This document shows positions 1-9,778 of a DNA stretch of 64,000 nucleotides, piece by piece. The notes under the pieces were generated by a model. That model did not search any database. It was not told the DNA's origin and saw only the letters and a program-made list of their open reading frames with translations. This DNA is from Dehalococcoidia bacterium. Its GTDB lineage: Bacteria; Chloroflexota; Dehalococcoidia; Lucifugimonadales; UBA3495. Location of the stretch: NCBI GenBank assembly GCA_965204905.1, contig OZ242042.1:3382153-3446152 (forward strand). The letters run 5' to 3'. How positions within the stretch are numbered: the first letter of the stretch is position 1; each line of letters begins with the position of its first letter. Position numbers and translations under genes: made by a program.

Positions 1-2
1 TC

Positions 3-1889
3 AGAACCGTCGCCATCGAAAACACCGGACAGTCCGGCCACACCATTTCCCATCTCGTTCCCGGCGTGGAGTACCGGTTCGTCGTCGGTATCGCCCAGGA
101 CCGCTTCCGGCATCCGCAAGAATGGTCGAGATGGACCGAAGCATTGACCCTCAACCCCGGCCCGCCGGTATGCCCCACGGGCCAAATCACCCCCGCCGAC
201 CGGGCCGCTACCCTCTCCCGATTGATGCAGAACGCCGAGGAGTTCGAGTACGCCGTCGGCAAGCACGGCGGCGCGCTGACGGTCGCGACAACTTCCGGTC
301 CACTCACATTCAACCTGGCCCTTTCCAACGACGCATCCTCGAACGCCGTCCTGGGCTATCTTTTTGAGGGCCTGACCCAAACTTCCTGGCTGACCGACCG
401 TGTGGAGCCGTCCCTGGCAGAGTCCTGGGAACATTCTGACGACGGGCTGACCTGGACCTTCCATCTGCGCGACGCTGTTCGCTGGCACGATGGAACGCCT
501 TTCACCGCCCACGACGTGGATTTCACCTTCAACCGGATTATCTACAACGATGACTTCCGTGCTTACGCCCGCGACACGTTCACCAGTGCGTGGCAAGAAA
601 GACGCATGACCGTGACCGCTCTGGACGATCATACCGTGCAATTTGTCCTTCCCACGCCGTTCGCGCCCTTTCTGCGCGCCATGGGAACGCCAATCTACCC
701 CAAGCACATCCTGGAACCCCGCGTGAACGACGGCACGTTCGCCGACACATGGAGCATTACCGCCGACCCCACCACAGTCATTGGCACTGGCCCCTTCACC
801 ATCGCCAGTTACCAGCCCGGTCAGCGCGTTGTGCTGAACCGCAATCCCGATTACTGGCTCAAAGACGCTGCCGGCAACTCTCTGCCTTACCTGGACCAAA
901 TCGTCCGGGTCATTGTCCACAATGCGGACGACGCGCTTACGCTCTTTCGTAGCGGGCAAACTGACATATACGGAGTGCGGGGCCAGGAGTTTGAAGAGTT
1001 GGCAGCGCTCCGGCAGGATGAAAATTTCTCCATCCACCGCCAGGGACCCGGTTTCGGAACGACCTTCCTGACCTTCAACATGAACCCCGGCGTAAATCCC
1101 GGCACCGGCGAACCCTACGTTGCGCCCGAAAAGCTCAACTGGTTCCAGAACCGCGAATTCCGCCGGGCCGTGGCCCACGTTATCGACAAGGAAACCATCA
1201 TCAGCGAGGTGCAGCACGGTCTCGGCTATCCCCAGTGGTCTTCCATCAGCCCGGCCGCCGGCGACTTCCACAACCCCAACGTCCGCCGTTACGAGTACAG
1301 CGTTGACCGAGCGAATTCCATCCTGGACGATCTGGGCTGGGTTGATACGGATGGCGACGGCATCCGGGAAGACGGCGCGGGCAACCCGATCGAGTTCACA
1401 CTGGCAACCGCGCGGGAGGGTACTCAGGGTCAAAAGATAGGCGCGATAATCCACCGGGGGTTGAGCGACGCCGGCATCGGGGCCACCTACGAATTCCAAG
1501 GGTTCAGGGCGCTGGTCGGTCGCCTGACCGGTTCTTATGATTGGGAAGCCATAACCATCGGGTTTTCCGGTGAATCTGACCCATACAGTGGCATCACTCT
1601 CTGGCACAGCAGCGCGAACCTGCACCTATGGCATCCCAACCAGGCGCAACCGGCCACGGACTGGGAAGCCGAAATCGACGAGCTGTACGTCAAAGCCAGT
1701 CAGGAGCTGGATCACAACCGGCGTGTTGAGCTTTATCATCAGGCTCAAGCAATCGCTGCCGAGAACGTGCCGCTCATCTACACCACCCTGGGCGAGCGGC
1801 TTGCCGCAGTCCGCAACGTGTTCGGCAACACCACTGCCACCCTGTACGGCCTCTACGACACCCGCTACCTCTACCGCACCGACCGGTAG
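3..1889 (+). CDS. ABC transporter substrate-binding protein (family 5, peptide/nickel) with a probable N-terminal fibronectin type III-like domain; 5'-partial
   Basis: The frame is open from base 3 (RTVAIENTGQSGHTISHLVPGVEYRFVV...WSRW), so the gene starts before the window. SBP_bac_5 signature LAESWEHSDDGLTWTFHLRDAVRWHDGTPFTAHDVDFTF and GTGPF motif. Confidence 0.85.
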   Translation, partial: RTVAIENTGQSGHTISHLVPGVEYRFVVGIAQDRFRHPQEWSRWTEALTLNPGPPVCPTGQITPADRAATLSRLMQNAEEFEYAVGKHGGALTVATTSGPLTFNLALSNDASSNAVLGYLFEGLTQTSWLTDRVEPSLAESWEHSDDGLTWTFHLRDAVRWHDGTPFTAHDVDFTFNRIIYNDDFRAYARDTFTSAWQERRMTVTALDDHTVQFVLPTPFAPFLRAMGTPIYPKHILEPRVNDGTFADTWSITADPTTVIGTGPFTIASYQPGQRVVLNRNPDYWLKDAAGNSLPYLDQIVRVIVHNADDALTLFRSGQTDIYGVRGQEFEELAALRQDENFSIHRQGPGFGTTFLTFNMNPGVNPGTGEPYVAPEKLNWFQNREFRRAVAHVIDKETIISEVQHGLGYPQWSSISPAAGDFHNPNVRRYEYSVDRANSILDDLGWVDTDGDGIREDGAGNPIEFTLATAREGTQGQKIGAIIHRGLSDAGIGATYEFQGFRALVGRLTGSYDWEAITIGFSGESDPYSGITLWHSSANLHLWHPNQAQPATDWEAEIDELYVKASQELDHNRRVELYHQAQAIAAENVPLIYTTLGERLAAVRNVFGNTTATLYGLYDTRYLYRTDR

Positions 1890-1954
1890 CAACCCGGGGC
1901 GACCCAAGCCCCTCTCCCATTCGCGCACCCACCGGGGCAGGCAACTCCCGCGAT

Positions 1955-2001
1955 GTCCCCTCTCTTGACGGGAGAGGATTAGAGCCTGCCCCGTACTTGA
2001 T
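1955..2001 (+). repeat. REP/MITE-like palindrome, CCCCTCTC...GGGAGAGG family (degenerate)
   Basis: gtcccctctcttgacgggagaggattagag resembles the copies at 20107-20146 and 36378-36417. Confidence 0.55.
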
Positions 2002-2183
2002 GCAAGGATTACGGACTCAGTTCACCCTGATCTATCAAAGTAACGATATTCGTCCTTATCATAATTACTAACTACGAAAATCATAAATAAATCTCTATAC
2101 ATACCACCTTTATCGTGATAACGTAAGCGAACGAAGCCGAAATCCACTGTAGGAACGGGACTGAATGTACCCACCACCCGGAG

Positions 2184-4073
2184 GTGACGGTTATGTTTCG
2201 CTATCACGCTTTCAAGGGAAACCTCGCGGCGATGGCGCTGGCAGCATTAGCGCTGGCAGTCATAGTCGGCTGCGGAGGCGCCGCCCCCGCAGCGGAAGAG
2301 CAAGAACAAGCAGCGCCGGTGGCTCCCCAGGCATCTACCACCCAGCAGCAATCTCCCACTGAGCCCGCCCAGCAGGCCATGGCAGCAACTACAGCGCCGG
2401 CGCAGCAGGCACAGCCCCAAGTCGCGCCCACGGCCATGCCAGCTGCGACTGAGGCCGCTCCACAGGCAACTGTCATGGAACCGGCGGGCAAGATAACCAT
2501 GGGCCAGGAGGAGATCAACATCTTCAGTGGCCACCCGGCACACTCGGTCAACCCGCAGCTGTTCGTCATATCCACCGCTCCCGTGGTGGAGGGCCTGATG
2601 CAGTGGAACAGCAACCTGGAAGCCGAACCCCTGCTGCTCGACTCCTGGAGCATCTCAGACGACTTCGCGACCTGGACTTTCAATCTTCGCAAGGGTGTGC
2701 AGTTCCACAAGGGATACGGCGAAATGACCGCGGAGGACGTGGTGTATTCCTATTCCCATTGGATCACCAATACCAAGCACGCCCGCGCCAGCGCCCTCCA
2801 GCGATTCTGGGACCACCCGGAGGGCCACGTGGAGATCCTGGACAGCCATACCCTCATGGTCAACACCGGCGAGCCCATGCCCGACGTGATCATGTCCGAG
2901 TTCCACCGTGTCCCATCGGGAATCGCCAGCTGGATCGTCAGCAAGAAGCAGTCGGACGAAATTGGGATCGAAGCTGCCGACAAAGACATCGCTGCCACCG
3001 GTCCCTGGGAAATCGTGGAGCATCGTCCGGCCCAGTACTGGCGGATGAAGGCGGTCCAGGACCACTGGCGACAGACCCCCTTCTTCGCCGAGCTGGAATT
3101 CCAGGAAATCCCCGAGCAATCCACCCGGCTGGCCGGATTCCAGACCGGGCACCTCGACACCTTCGTAATGGCCTTCGACTCCATCCCCCTGGTCCAGGCG
3201 ATGGAAGGGGCCAAGCTGATGATAGTGCCCGACCAGGCCGCCGGCGAGATGCTGCTGCACTTCCACGGGGGGTTGTACTTCAACGTGGGCACTCCCGACC
3301 AGGAAGCCGCCTATGACCCGGACCTGCCCTGGGTATCCGCCAATACGGAAATCGGCTCGCCGGAGTGGGAGCAGGCCAAGAAAGTGCGCCAGGCAATGGT
3401 CAAGGCCATCGACACGCAGACCATTGTGGAAACCCTGTTGCAGGGCTATGCCCAGCGATCGCCGGTAGGCGTAGGCGGCTACAGCTACTCGGCCCATCGG
3501 TTCCCGGACATCCCCATGCTGGAATACGACCTGGAGGCTGCCAAGGCTCTGATGGCCGAAACCGGCTATGCGGAAGAAGGGTTCAGCATCACGCTGGTCC
3601 CGGCCCTGCGCGGCGCGCCCGCTGAGGTCGAAGTCGCCGAGGCCATCGCCGTCATGTGGGAAGACATTGGAATCGACGTGAAGTTGCAGAATTTGCCCTA
3701 CGGCACCTACCGGCCCACGGTCATCGGGCGCACTTTCAACGGCGCCACCAACCACGCCACTTCCCCGTCCAACACTCCCGCCCGACTGTACAACGCATTG
3801 CAGAACCGGGGCAGTTTCATCCGGCACACCCACCCTTACCTGGACGACATCACTATCCGGGCCCAGAGCGCCGTTACCCTGGAAGAGCGCACCAAGCTGG
3901 AGACCGAGACGGGCAAGTTCATGTACGATGAATCCATCTACGCCTCCCTGTACATGTGGAACGCGGTGTGGGCGGTAGGTCCCCGGATCGATGACAAATC
4001 GTGGAGCGAGAACCTGTTCTACGGCGATATCCGCAACATCAACGGCTACGAATGGATCGAACCGCGCCAGTAG
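2184..4073 (+). CDS. ABC transporter substrate-binding lipoprotein (family 5) with a Pro/Ala/Gln-rich linker
   Basis: RBS ggagg; lipobox-like VIVGC; low-complexity APAAEEQEQAAP linker; TWTFNLRKGVQFH and ATGPW motifs. Confidence 0.9.
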   Translation: MTVMFRYHAFKGNLAAMALAALALAVIVGCGGAAPAAEEQEQAAPVAPQASTTQQQSPTEPAQQAMAATTAPAQQAQPQVAPTAMPAATEAAPQATVMEPAGKITMGQEEINIFSGHPAHSVNPQLFVISTAPVVEGLMQWNSNLEAEPLLLDSWSISDDFATWTFNLRKGVQFHKGYGEMTAEDVVYSYSHWITNTKHARASALQRFWDHPEGHVEILDSHTLMVNTGEPMPDVIMSEFHRVPSGIASWIVSKKQSDEIGIEAADKDIAATGPWEIVEHRPAQYWRMKAVQDHWRQTPFFAELEFQEIPEQSTRLAGFQTGHLDTFVMAFDSIPLVQAMEGAKLMIVPDQAAGEMLLHFHGGLYFNVGTPDQEAAYDPDLPWVSANTEIGSPEWEQAKKVRQAMVKAIDTQTIVETLLQGYAQRSPVGVGGYSYSAHRFPDIPMLEYDLEAAKALMAETGYAEEGFSITLVPALRGAPAEVEVAEAIAVMWEDIGIDVKLQNLPYGTYRPTVIGRTFNGATNHATSPSNTPARLYNALQNRGSFIRHTHPYLDDITIRAQSAVTLEERTKLETETGKFMYDESIYASLYMWNAVWAVGPRIDDKSWSENLFYGDIRNINGYEWIEPRQ

Positions 4074-4254
4074 GCAAATCCCCTCTCTCAAAACTGATCT
4101 GATACCTCCGTACCGGACGATTAGGAACCACAGGCCAGGATAGCCTCCGAGCGTTTTACCGCCCATTGCGCCCCTTCACCACGCTGGGTATGATGCTGCC
4201 CAGCGTGCGCCGCCCTACGTAAATCACCTCGGCGGCGGTCCTGGAGGTTCTTCA

Positions 4255-5196
4255 ATGTCCGTGATGGTCACCGGCGGCACCGGATTCATCGGCAACCGCA
4301 TTATCCGCAAGCTCGTCGAGCGTGGCGAAGACGTCGTCTGCTTCGACCTGGCGCCGCCCCGCGCCAACCTGCAACCCTTGATGGACCGTATCTCCATCTA
4401 CCGCGGCGATGTGACCCGCCTGGACCACCTGCTGGAAGCCGTCAACCGCCACAGCGTTGACCGCATCATCCACATGGCCGCCCTGCTCCCGCCGGACACC
4501 GAGGACCGTCCCGCCACCGGCATGGCCGTCAACATTGACGGCTGCAACAACGTCTTCGAAGCCGCCCGCTGGGGCAACATCAAACGTGTCATCTACGCCA
4601 GCAGCATCGCCGTGTACGGCGTCCAGGACACCTTCGGCGACCGACCCCTGATCGAGGACGACCTGCCCGCGCCCATTAACGTGTACGGCATGACCAAGGC
4701 CGTCAACGACTTCGCCGCCGCCCGTTACCGCACGCTGCACGGCCTCGACATCCGCGGCATCCGCATCTGCACCGTGTTCGGACACGGCCGCGTAACCGGC
4801 ATGACGGGCATGATCGGCGGCCTGATGATGTCCCTGCCCGCTATCGGCCAGCCCATCAGCATGGACTTCGACCCCATGGAAGCCTCGCCCATGATCCACG
4901 CCGAAGACGCCGCCGAGATCTTCGTCCGCGCCGCCCTCGCCGACAATCTGAACCACAACATCTACATCAGCGGCGGCGAGCTGGCCACCATCGCCGACGT
5001 GGCCGACATGGTGCGCTCCTATATCCCCGACGCCAGCATCACCACCGGCGACCGGCCCGTGCCCCACGTGTACCTCGTGGATAACAGCCGCATGATGGCC
5101 GACCTCGGCTACGAACTGCCGCCCCTGCGCATGCGCGTCCTCGACCACATCAACGACGCCCGCGCCGAGGCGGGCCTGGAACCCATATCAGGATAA
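4255..5196 (+). CDS. NAD-dependent epimerase/dehydratase (extended SDR)
   Basis: TGGTGFIG Rossmann motif, YGMTK catalytic YxxxK, RBS ggagg. Confidence 0.9.
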   Translation: MSVMVTGGTGFIGNRIIRKLVERGEDVVCFDLAPPRANLQPLMDRISIYRGDVTRLDHLLEAVNRHSVDRIIHMAALLPPDTEDRPATGMAVNIDGCNNVFEAARWGNIKRVIYASSIAVYGVQDTFGDRPLIEDDLPAPINVYGMTKAVNDFAAARYRTLHGLDIRGIRICTVFGHGRVTGMTGMIGGLMMSLPAIGQPISMDFDPMEASPMIHAEDAAEIFVRAALADNLNHNIYISGGELATIADVADMVRSYIPDASITTGDRPVPHVYLVDNSRMMADLGYELPPLRMRVLDHINDARAEAGLEPISG

Positions 5197-5211
5197 GAGC
5201 GTGAATTGATT

Positions 5212-5301
5212 GTCAGAATCAAGATTTACCAGATTGTGGGATTTTCTGGATAACGACTCCAATCCCGGTAATCCTCTGATCTTGAAAAGTCTGATTCCGA
5301 C
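5212..5301. repeat. Imperfect intergenic inverted repeat (possible MITE-like element)
   Basis: gtcagaatcaagat ... atcttg ... ctgattccgac arms with an inner gggatt/aatccc pair; visibly more AT-rich than the flanking genes. Confidence 0.35.
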
Positions 5302-5384
5302 TGCCCCTTTGCTACAATACCGCCAGACCGCTTTATTGATCTGACCAACCATATGCACCCATTCCACCCAGGAGGACAACCATC

Positions 5385-6326
5385 ATGAGCGTTGCCATCG
5401 GCTACGTCCCCGGCGCATTCGGACAGGGAGGCGACGACCCCAACTTCCTCCGCACTCTGGTGGAACTGGGCGACAAATACGAGTACGACTCCATCTGGCT
5501 CAGCGATCGCATTTGCAGCGACCGGTTCAGCCTGGAGCCCATGGTCGCCCTTTCGCTGGTGGCCGGCTACTCTGACCGCCTCAAGTTCGGCACCAGCGTG
5601 CTGGCGCTGCCGTTACGCAACCCCGTGGTCCTTGCCAAGCAGGTGGCCACGCTGGACTGGCTCTCCCAGGGTCGCTTCTTCCCCGCCGTCGGCCTCGGCC
5701 AGGAAGACCCCGACGAGTACGAAGCCTGCGGGGTGCCCAAGGCCGACCGCGCCCGCCGCACCGACGAGGCCATTACCCTCATGCGCCGCCTCTGGGAAGA
5801 GGAAGAGGTCACCCACGAGGGCGAGTTCTTCACCACCCACAACGTATCGGTGACGCCGCGCACCTTCCTCAAGCCCTCGCCGCCGGTGTGGATCGGTGGT
5901 CGCAGTCCGGCTGCGGCCCGTCGCGTGGGGCGCGTCGGCGACGGATGGCTGGTATCCAGCGCCACGCCGGAGGAGGTACGATCGGGACGCGAGATCGTTT
6001 TCGAGACGGCCCAGCAATACGACCGCGATATTGAGGAGGACCACGTCGGCGTGCTGATCGGCTACTACATCTGCGACGACCAGAAGGCGGGTGAGGAGAA
6101 GTCGGAGCAGTTTGTGACCCGGCAGCGGCCCGACGCCCACTTCACCGAGTACTCCGCCGTCGGCACCTCCGAGCAGATCGGCGACTTCATCCAGGACTAC
6201 ATCGACGCCGGCGGGTTCAAGTTCGTCATCCGCCCCCTGTGCGCCGGCACCGAGTCCATGGAGCAGTTGGAGCAGGCCGGCGAGGAAATCCTGCCCCGGT
6301 TCCACGGCCCACTGGGCAGCAAGTAG
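5385..6326 (+). CDS. LLM-class flavin/F420-dependent oxidoreductase
   Basis: DSIWLSD, LKFGTSVLALPLRNPVVLAKQVATLDWLSQGRF and PPVWIGG luciferase-like motifs. Confidence 0.9.
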   Translation: MSVAIGYVPGAFGQGGDDPNFLRTLVELGDKYEYDSIWLSDRICSDRFSLEPMVALSLVAGYSDRLKFGTSVLALPLRNPVVLAKQVATLDWLSQGRFFPAVGLGQEDPDEYEACGVPKADRARRTDEAITLMRRLWEEEEVTHEGEFFTTHNVSVTPRTFLKPSPPVWIGGRSPAAARRVGRVGDGWLVSSATPEEVRSGREIVFETAQQYDRDIEEDHVGVLIGYYICDDQKAGEEKSEQFVTRQRPDAHFTEYSAVGTSEQIGDFIQDYIDAGGFKFVIRPLCAGTESMEQLEQAGEEILPRFHGPLGSK

Positions 6327-6331
6327 GCATA

Positions 6332-7009
6332 CCGGAGGCCGAGCCATGACCACCGCCAAACCCAAGCTCCGCACCGGGACCCGCATGTCCCTGGACGAGT
6401 TCCTTGCCCTCGGCGAAACCGACGAGAGGCTGGAACTGTTTGACGGGGCCCTTTACCTTATGAGCACACCGACCAAAGACCACCAGTTTTTGATGAGGCA
6501 TATCGGGATACATTTCGAGGCATTTCTGGACGACTTCGACATACCACCTTATGAGGTGCATCACGATATAACCACCATTTTGTCTGAAGAATTACAGCGG
6601 GCGGTCGAACCGGATCTGGTGATCATCCTTGCCGGACGAGATGACGTCGGCGGAAGAATATATGTAGAAGGTGTGCCCGACATTGTGGTGGAAATCCTGT
6701 CCACCGACCGCAACCATGATCTGGTGTTCAAACGGCGGATTTACGCCGAAGCAGGCGTCCAGGAGTATTGGATTTTCGACCCGCGCAACAACACCGTGCT
6801 GCCGCTGGAGCTGCGCGGAAACGAGTACATAGAGCGTCCCACACTCACCGCCGCCGATACCCTCACCACGCCGCTGCTGCCCGGCCTGGCAATCCCGCTG
6901 GCCAGCATCTTCCACCACCGTCGCCGCCCGCCCCGGGACGAGTAGATGCGCCGGAGGCCGAGCCATGACCACCGCCAAACCCAAGCTCCGCACCGGGACC
7001 CGCATGTCC
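6332..7009 (+). repeat. 59-bp identical direct repeat (6332-6390 and 6951-7009) covering the RBS and first 15 codons of both Uma2 genes
   Basis: ccggaggccgagccatgaccaccgccaaacccaagctccgcaccgggacccgcatgtcc occurs at both positions. Confidence 0.9.
6346..6945 (+). CDS. Uma2 (DUF820) family PD-(D/E)XK endonuclease-like protein, copy 1
   Basis: LELFDGALY, EPDLV, PDIVVEILS and YAEAGVQEYWIFDP motifs. Confidence 0.9.
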   Translation: MTTAKPKLRTGTRMSLDEFLALGETDERLELFDGALYLMSTPTKDHQFLMRHIGIHFEAFLDDFDIPPYEVHHDITTILSEELQRAVEPDLVIILAGRDDVGGRIYVEGVPDIVVEILSTDRNHDLVFKRRIYAEAGVQEYWIFDPRNNTVLPLELRGNEYIERPTLTAADTLTTPLLPGLAIPLASIFHHRRRPPRDE

Positions 7010-7567
7010 GTCGATGAGTATCTCGCCTTGCCGGAGATCGACGAATACCGCTGGCTGGAACTCGACGACGGAGAACTCTACTTTATGCCCAGACCCAGGC
7101 GCGCCCACCAATTCGTGAAAGATGAACTGGTGGCGCATTTCAAAACCCTCCTGAACAACTCCACCACGCCATTGGCCGAAGTGTATAGCGAACTGGTCAT
7201 CATCATATCGCGGGAATCCGGCCGCATTTTGGTACCAGACTTGTCCATTTTCCTGCGTGCTCCCGGCGATACATCGGATATCAGCGCTCCGGGCAGGATC
7301 CCCGACATCGTGATCGAAATACTTTCCACCGACCGTAATCGCGACCTCGTGCGTAAGCGCCGACTCTACGCTGAAGCCGGCGTCCAGGAGTATTGGATTT
7401 TCGATCCGGTTAGCGACACCGTCTTTCCGCTGGAATTACGTGGCGATACATATGTCGAACATCCCACACTTACCGTCGGAGACACGCTCACCACTCCCCG
7501 CCTGCCGGGCCTGGCGATACCGCTAGCCGATCTGTTCCACCACCGCCAGCGTCCTGGGGACGGATAA
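6965..7567 (+). CDS. Uma2 (DUF820) family endonuclease-like protein, copy 2
   Basis: VPDLSIF, PDIVIEILS, YAEAGVQEYWIFDP; tandem paralogue of 6346-6945. Confidence 0.9.
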   Translation: MTTAKPKLRTGTRMSVDEYLALPEIDEYRWLELDDGELYFMPRPRRAHQFVKDELVAHFKTLLNNSTTPLAEVYSELVIIISRESGRILVPDLSIFLRAPGDTSDISAPGRIPDIVIEILSTDRNRDLVRKRRLYAEAGVQEYWIFDPVSDTVFPLELRGDTYVEHPTLTVGDTLTTPRLPGLAIPLADLFHHRQRPGDG

Positions 7568-7658
7568 CCCGCCGGGTTGCCCGAAGTACCCCGACATACT
7601 ATGATTGCCCGGTCGCTAAATCTCAAAACGCCATCCTGTTGAAAGGAGCAGCCCGCAC

Positions 7659-8630
7659 ATGAAAGCAGCCCAGCTAGTCGCCCCCAAGCGTTGGGAGTTC
7701 ACCGAAGTTGACACGCCGGCCCCGGTTGATGGCCAGGTTCTCGTAAAAATGGAATCCGTCAGCGTCTGCGGTTCCGACATCCGCCACACCTACGGCCCCG
7801 TGCTTGACGAGTCCGAGTACCCCATGGCTCCCTGCAAGGGCGCTCACGAGTTGGCCGGCGTCATCGTGGACAGCAAGACCGACGAGTTCCAGGAAGGCCA
7901 GCGCGTCATCGTAATCCCCTACCCCGGCACCGGCGGCCTCTGCGACTACGTGCTGTCGGAACCGGGCCGCATGGCGCTGCTCCCCGAATACGGCGGCCTG
8001 GACGAATGGGTGATGTGCCAGCCTCCCGGCACCGTGCTCTACTCCTGCCGGCAGATGGGCAGCCCCCTACAGCAGAACATCCTCATCTTCGGCCAGGGCA
8101 GCATCGGACTCAGCTTCACCATGATTCTCTCCCGCATGGGCGCCCGCAACGTGATTGTCGTTGACCCGCTGGACTACCGCCTCGAAAAGTCCAAGCAGAT
8201 GGGTTCCACCCACCGGATCAACCCCGACAAGCAGGACGTTCACGAAGCGGTGATGGAGATCACCAAGGGCGCCGGCCCTGACGTCTGCGTTGAGGCCGCC
8301 GGTTATCCCGACGCGCTGAACGAGTGCTTCCGCCACGTCCGCCAGTTTGGCCAAGTCATCATCTTCGGCATACAGACTGACCACATGGTGCCCATCGAAC
8401 ACAACCTCTGGATGGACAAGCAGCCGCGCATCATCCCCACCACCGGCGCGCGCAGCGGCGATCCCATCAGCCAGATCCAGGACATGGTGGACCTCCGCGA
8501 TCGCGGCTGGGCTGACCCCGCCGAACTGATCACCCACCGCGTCGGCTTCTCGTCTATCCAGAATGCCTACGACATGTACGAGCAGCGCGACGACAACGTC
8601 ATCAAGGTGGTCATGGATATCAACACCTAG
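7659..8630 (+). CDS. Zinc-binding medium-chain dehydrogenase/reductase
   Basis: VSVCGSD and GAHELAG catalytic Zn motifs, GQGSIG NAD motif; the structural-Zn Cys cluster is absent. Confidence 0.88.
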   Translation: MKAAQLVAPKRWEFTEVDTPAPVDGQVLVKMESVSVCGSDIRHTYGPVLDESEYPMAPCKGAHELAGVIVDSKTDEFQEGQRVIVIPYPGTGGLCDYVLSEPGRMALLPEYGGLDEWVMCQPPGTVLYSCRQMGSPLQQNILIFGQGSIGLSFTMILSRMGARNVIVVDPLDYRLEKSKQMGSTHRINPDKQDVHEAVMEITKGAGPDVCVEAAGYPDALNECFRHVRQFGQVIIFGIQTDHMVPIEHNLWMDKQPRIIPTTGARSGDPISQIQDMVDLRDRGWADPAELITHRVGFSSIQNAYDMYEQRDDNVIKVVMDINT

Positions 8631-8662
8631 ACCACTCTTGCCGCGGCACATGCCGCATCATC

Positions 8663-8690
8663 GTAGGGGCGAGGCATGCCTCGCCCCTAC
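8663..8690. repeat. REP-like perfect palindrome, GTAGGGGCG...CGCCCCTAC family
   Basis: gtaggggcgaggca|tgcctcgcccctac is a perfect 28-bp palindrome; relatives at 25243 and 28862. Confidence 0.85.
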
Positions 8691-9764
8691 CGCATTGCCA
8701 ATTCCCCAACCGTGTCAACGCCTCCGGAAACTGCGGCCCTCACGCCAGGCGGACGGGTCCGTTTGGCCCGAGAGAACCTGTGCTTGGCGATGGCCTTGTA
8801 CGCAGCGTCCCACCGGGGTCTGATCACCGCCACTCTCGTGCCCAACCGCGCGGAACTCAACCTCGAAAGCGGGCAGACATTCGACTCCAGCGTCCCGCTC
8901 CAGGTGACGGACCATCGATCCCTGCTGCGCACCACCGGAAACCAGGTCAGGGGCGCTTTCGCCCTGCTGGCGATGCAAACACAGCGCGAGGCCGAAACCG
9001 TGTTCGGCCCCGTTTCACACGTTCCCCCATTCGCCATTGACCAGCCGGACATCGATCTCTGGAATGCCCGTGCGGCCACATATTTGATCGCCCAGAGCGT
9101 GGCCCTGGACCTGATGGCCCCCACCTGGCGCATACCTCCCGAATTCCGCCAAAGCTACGCCATTCCAGATATGGACTTTGCGCTGGACGCCGCCAGCCTG
9201 CACGGGGAGGAAATTCGCTGGGGACACTTCGGCAGTTTGGCGCGCTACCTCGACCTTTCCCTGTTCGTTTCGTACTGTCTCGACGACATCGACATCTCGG
9301 TCGCATTGCAGGCGTCATCTGGAAATTATGGGTTGCTGGGACTGCTGGCGGAACATTTCTCACGGGAAATACCGTCTGCGAGTCCCATCAGCGACGTCGG
9401 CGGCTACGGCAGCGGGTCCGGCCGGCTGCGCCCCTCTGGATCAGTGGCAGCAGACGTTGGCAGCGACGCCCCCGCTGGCTGGATCGCCCCGGACGGCCCG
9501 CTCGAACCGCGCATTACAGTGGCATCCCAGGCCACCGAAATGGGGCCCGTCGATGAATTCGTAGCCGACGCCTGCTCAACCGGGTCCAGGGCTATGAACC
9601 TCGCCGGCGACCTCTACACTTCCTACGCCAACTGGTGCCTTGACCACGGATACCTCGCCCACAGCCAGCGCAAATTCGGCCTCGAACTCCGGGCACGAGG
9701 CTACCAACGTAAGCGTCGCGGCAAGGGGCGCCACTGGTGGATCGGCGTGGAATCCCGCATTTGA
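8676..9764 (+). CDS. Hypothetical protein with a C-terminal P4/D5-primase-type winged-helix domain
   Basis: C-terminus VDEFVADAC...DLYTSYANWCLDHGY...SQRKFGLELRARGYQRKR resembles the C-terminal domain of phage/plasmid primase-helicases. The tracked ATG lies inside the REP, so GTG 8712 is a more likely start. Confidence 0.65.
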   Translation: MPRPYRIANSPTVSTPPETAALTPGGRVRLARENLCLAMALYAASHRGLITATLVPNRAELNLESGQTFDSSVPLQVTDHRSLLRTTGNQVRGAFALLAMQTQREAETVFGPVSHVPPFAIDQPDIDLWNARAATYLIAQSVALDLMAPTWRIPPEFRQSYAIPDMDFALDAASLHGEEIRWGHFGSLARYLDLSLFVSYCLDDIDISVALQASSGNYGLLGLLAEHFSREIPSASPISDVGGYGSGSGRLRPSGSVAADVGSDAPAGWIAPDGPLEPRITVASQATEMGPVDEFVADACSTGSRAMNLAGDLYTSYANWCLDHGYLAHSQRKFGLELRARGYQRKRRGKGRHWWIGVESRI

Positions 9765-9778
9765 CGGCGCTCAGTTTG

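Noticed and set aside
2110-2121. TTATC-gt-GATAA palindrome in the AT-rich promoter of the second SBP
   Set aside because: Short enough to arise by chance, and no cognate regulator can be assigned.
2655-4166. Long antisense ORFs (e.g. 2655-4166, 11265-12428, 26882-27961, 51017-52243)
   Set aside because: They are shadow frames of real genes in GC-rich DNA, with no recognisable motifs.
8676-9764. Prophage or phage satellite suggested by the primase-like domain
   Set aside because: No integrase, helicase ATPase, capsid, terminase or att-flanked block nearby.
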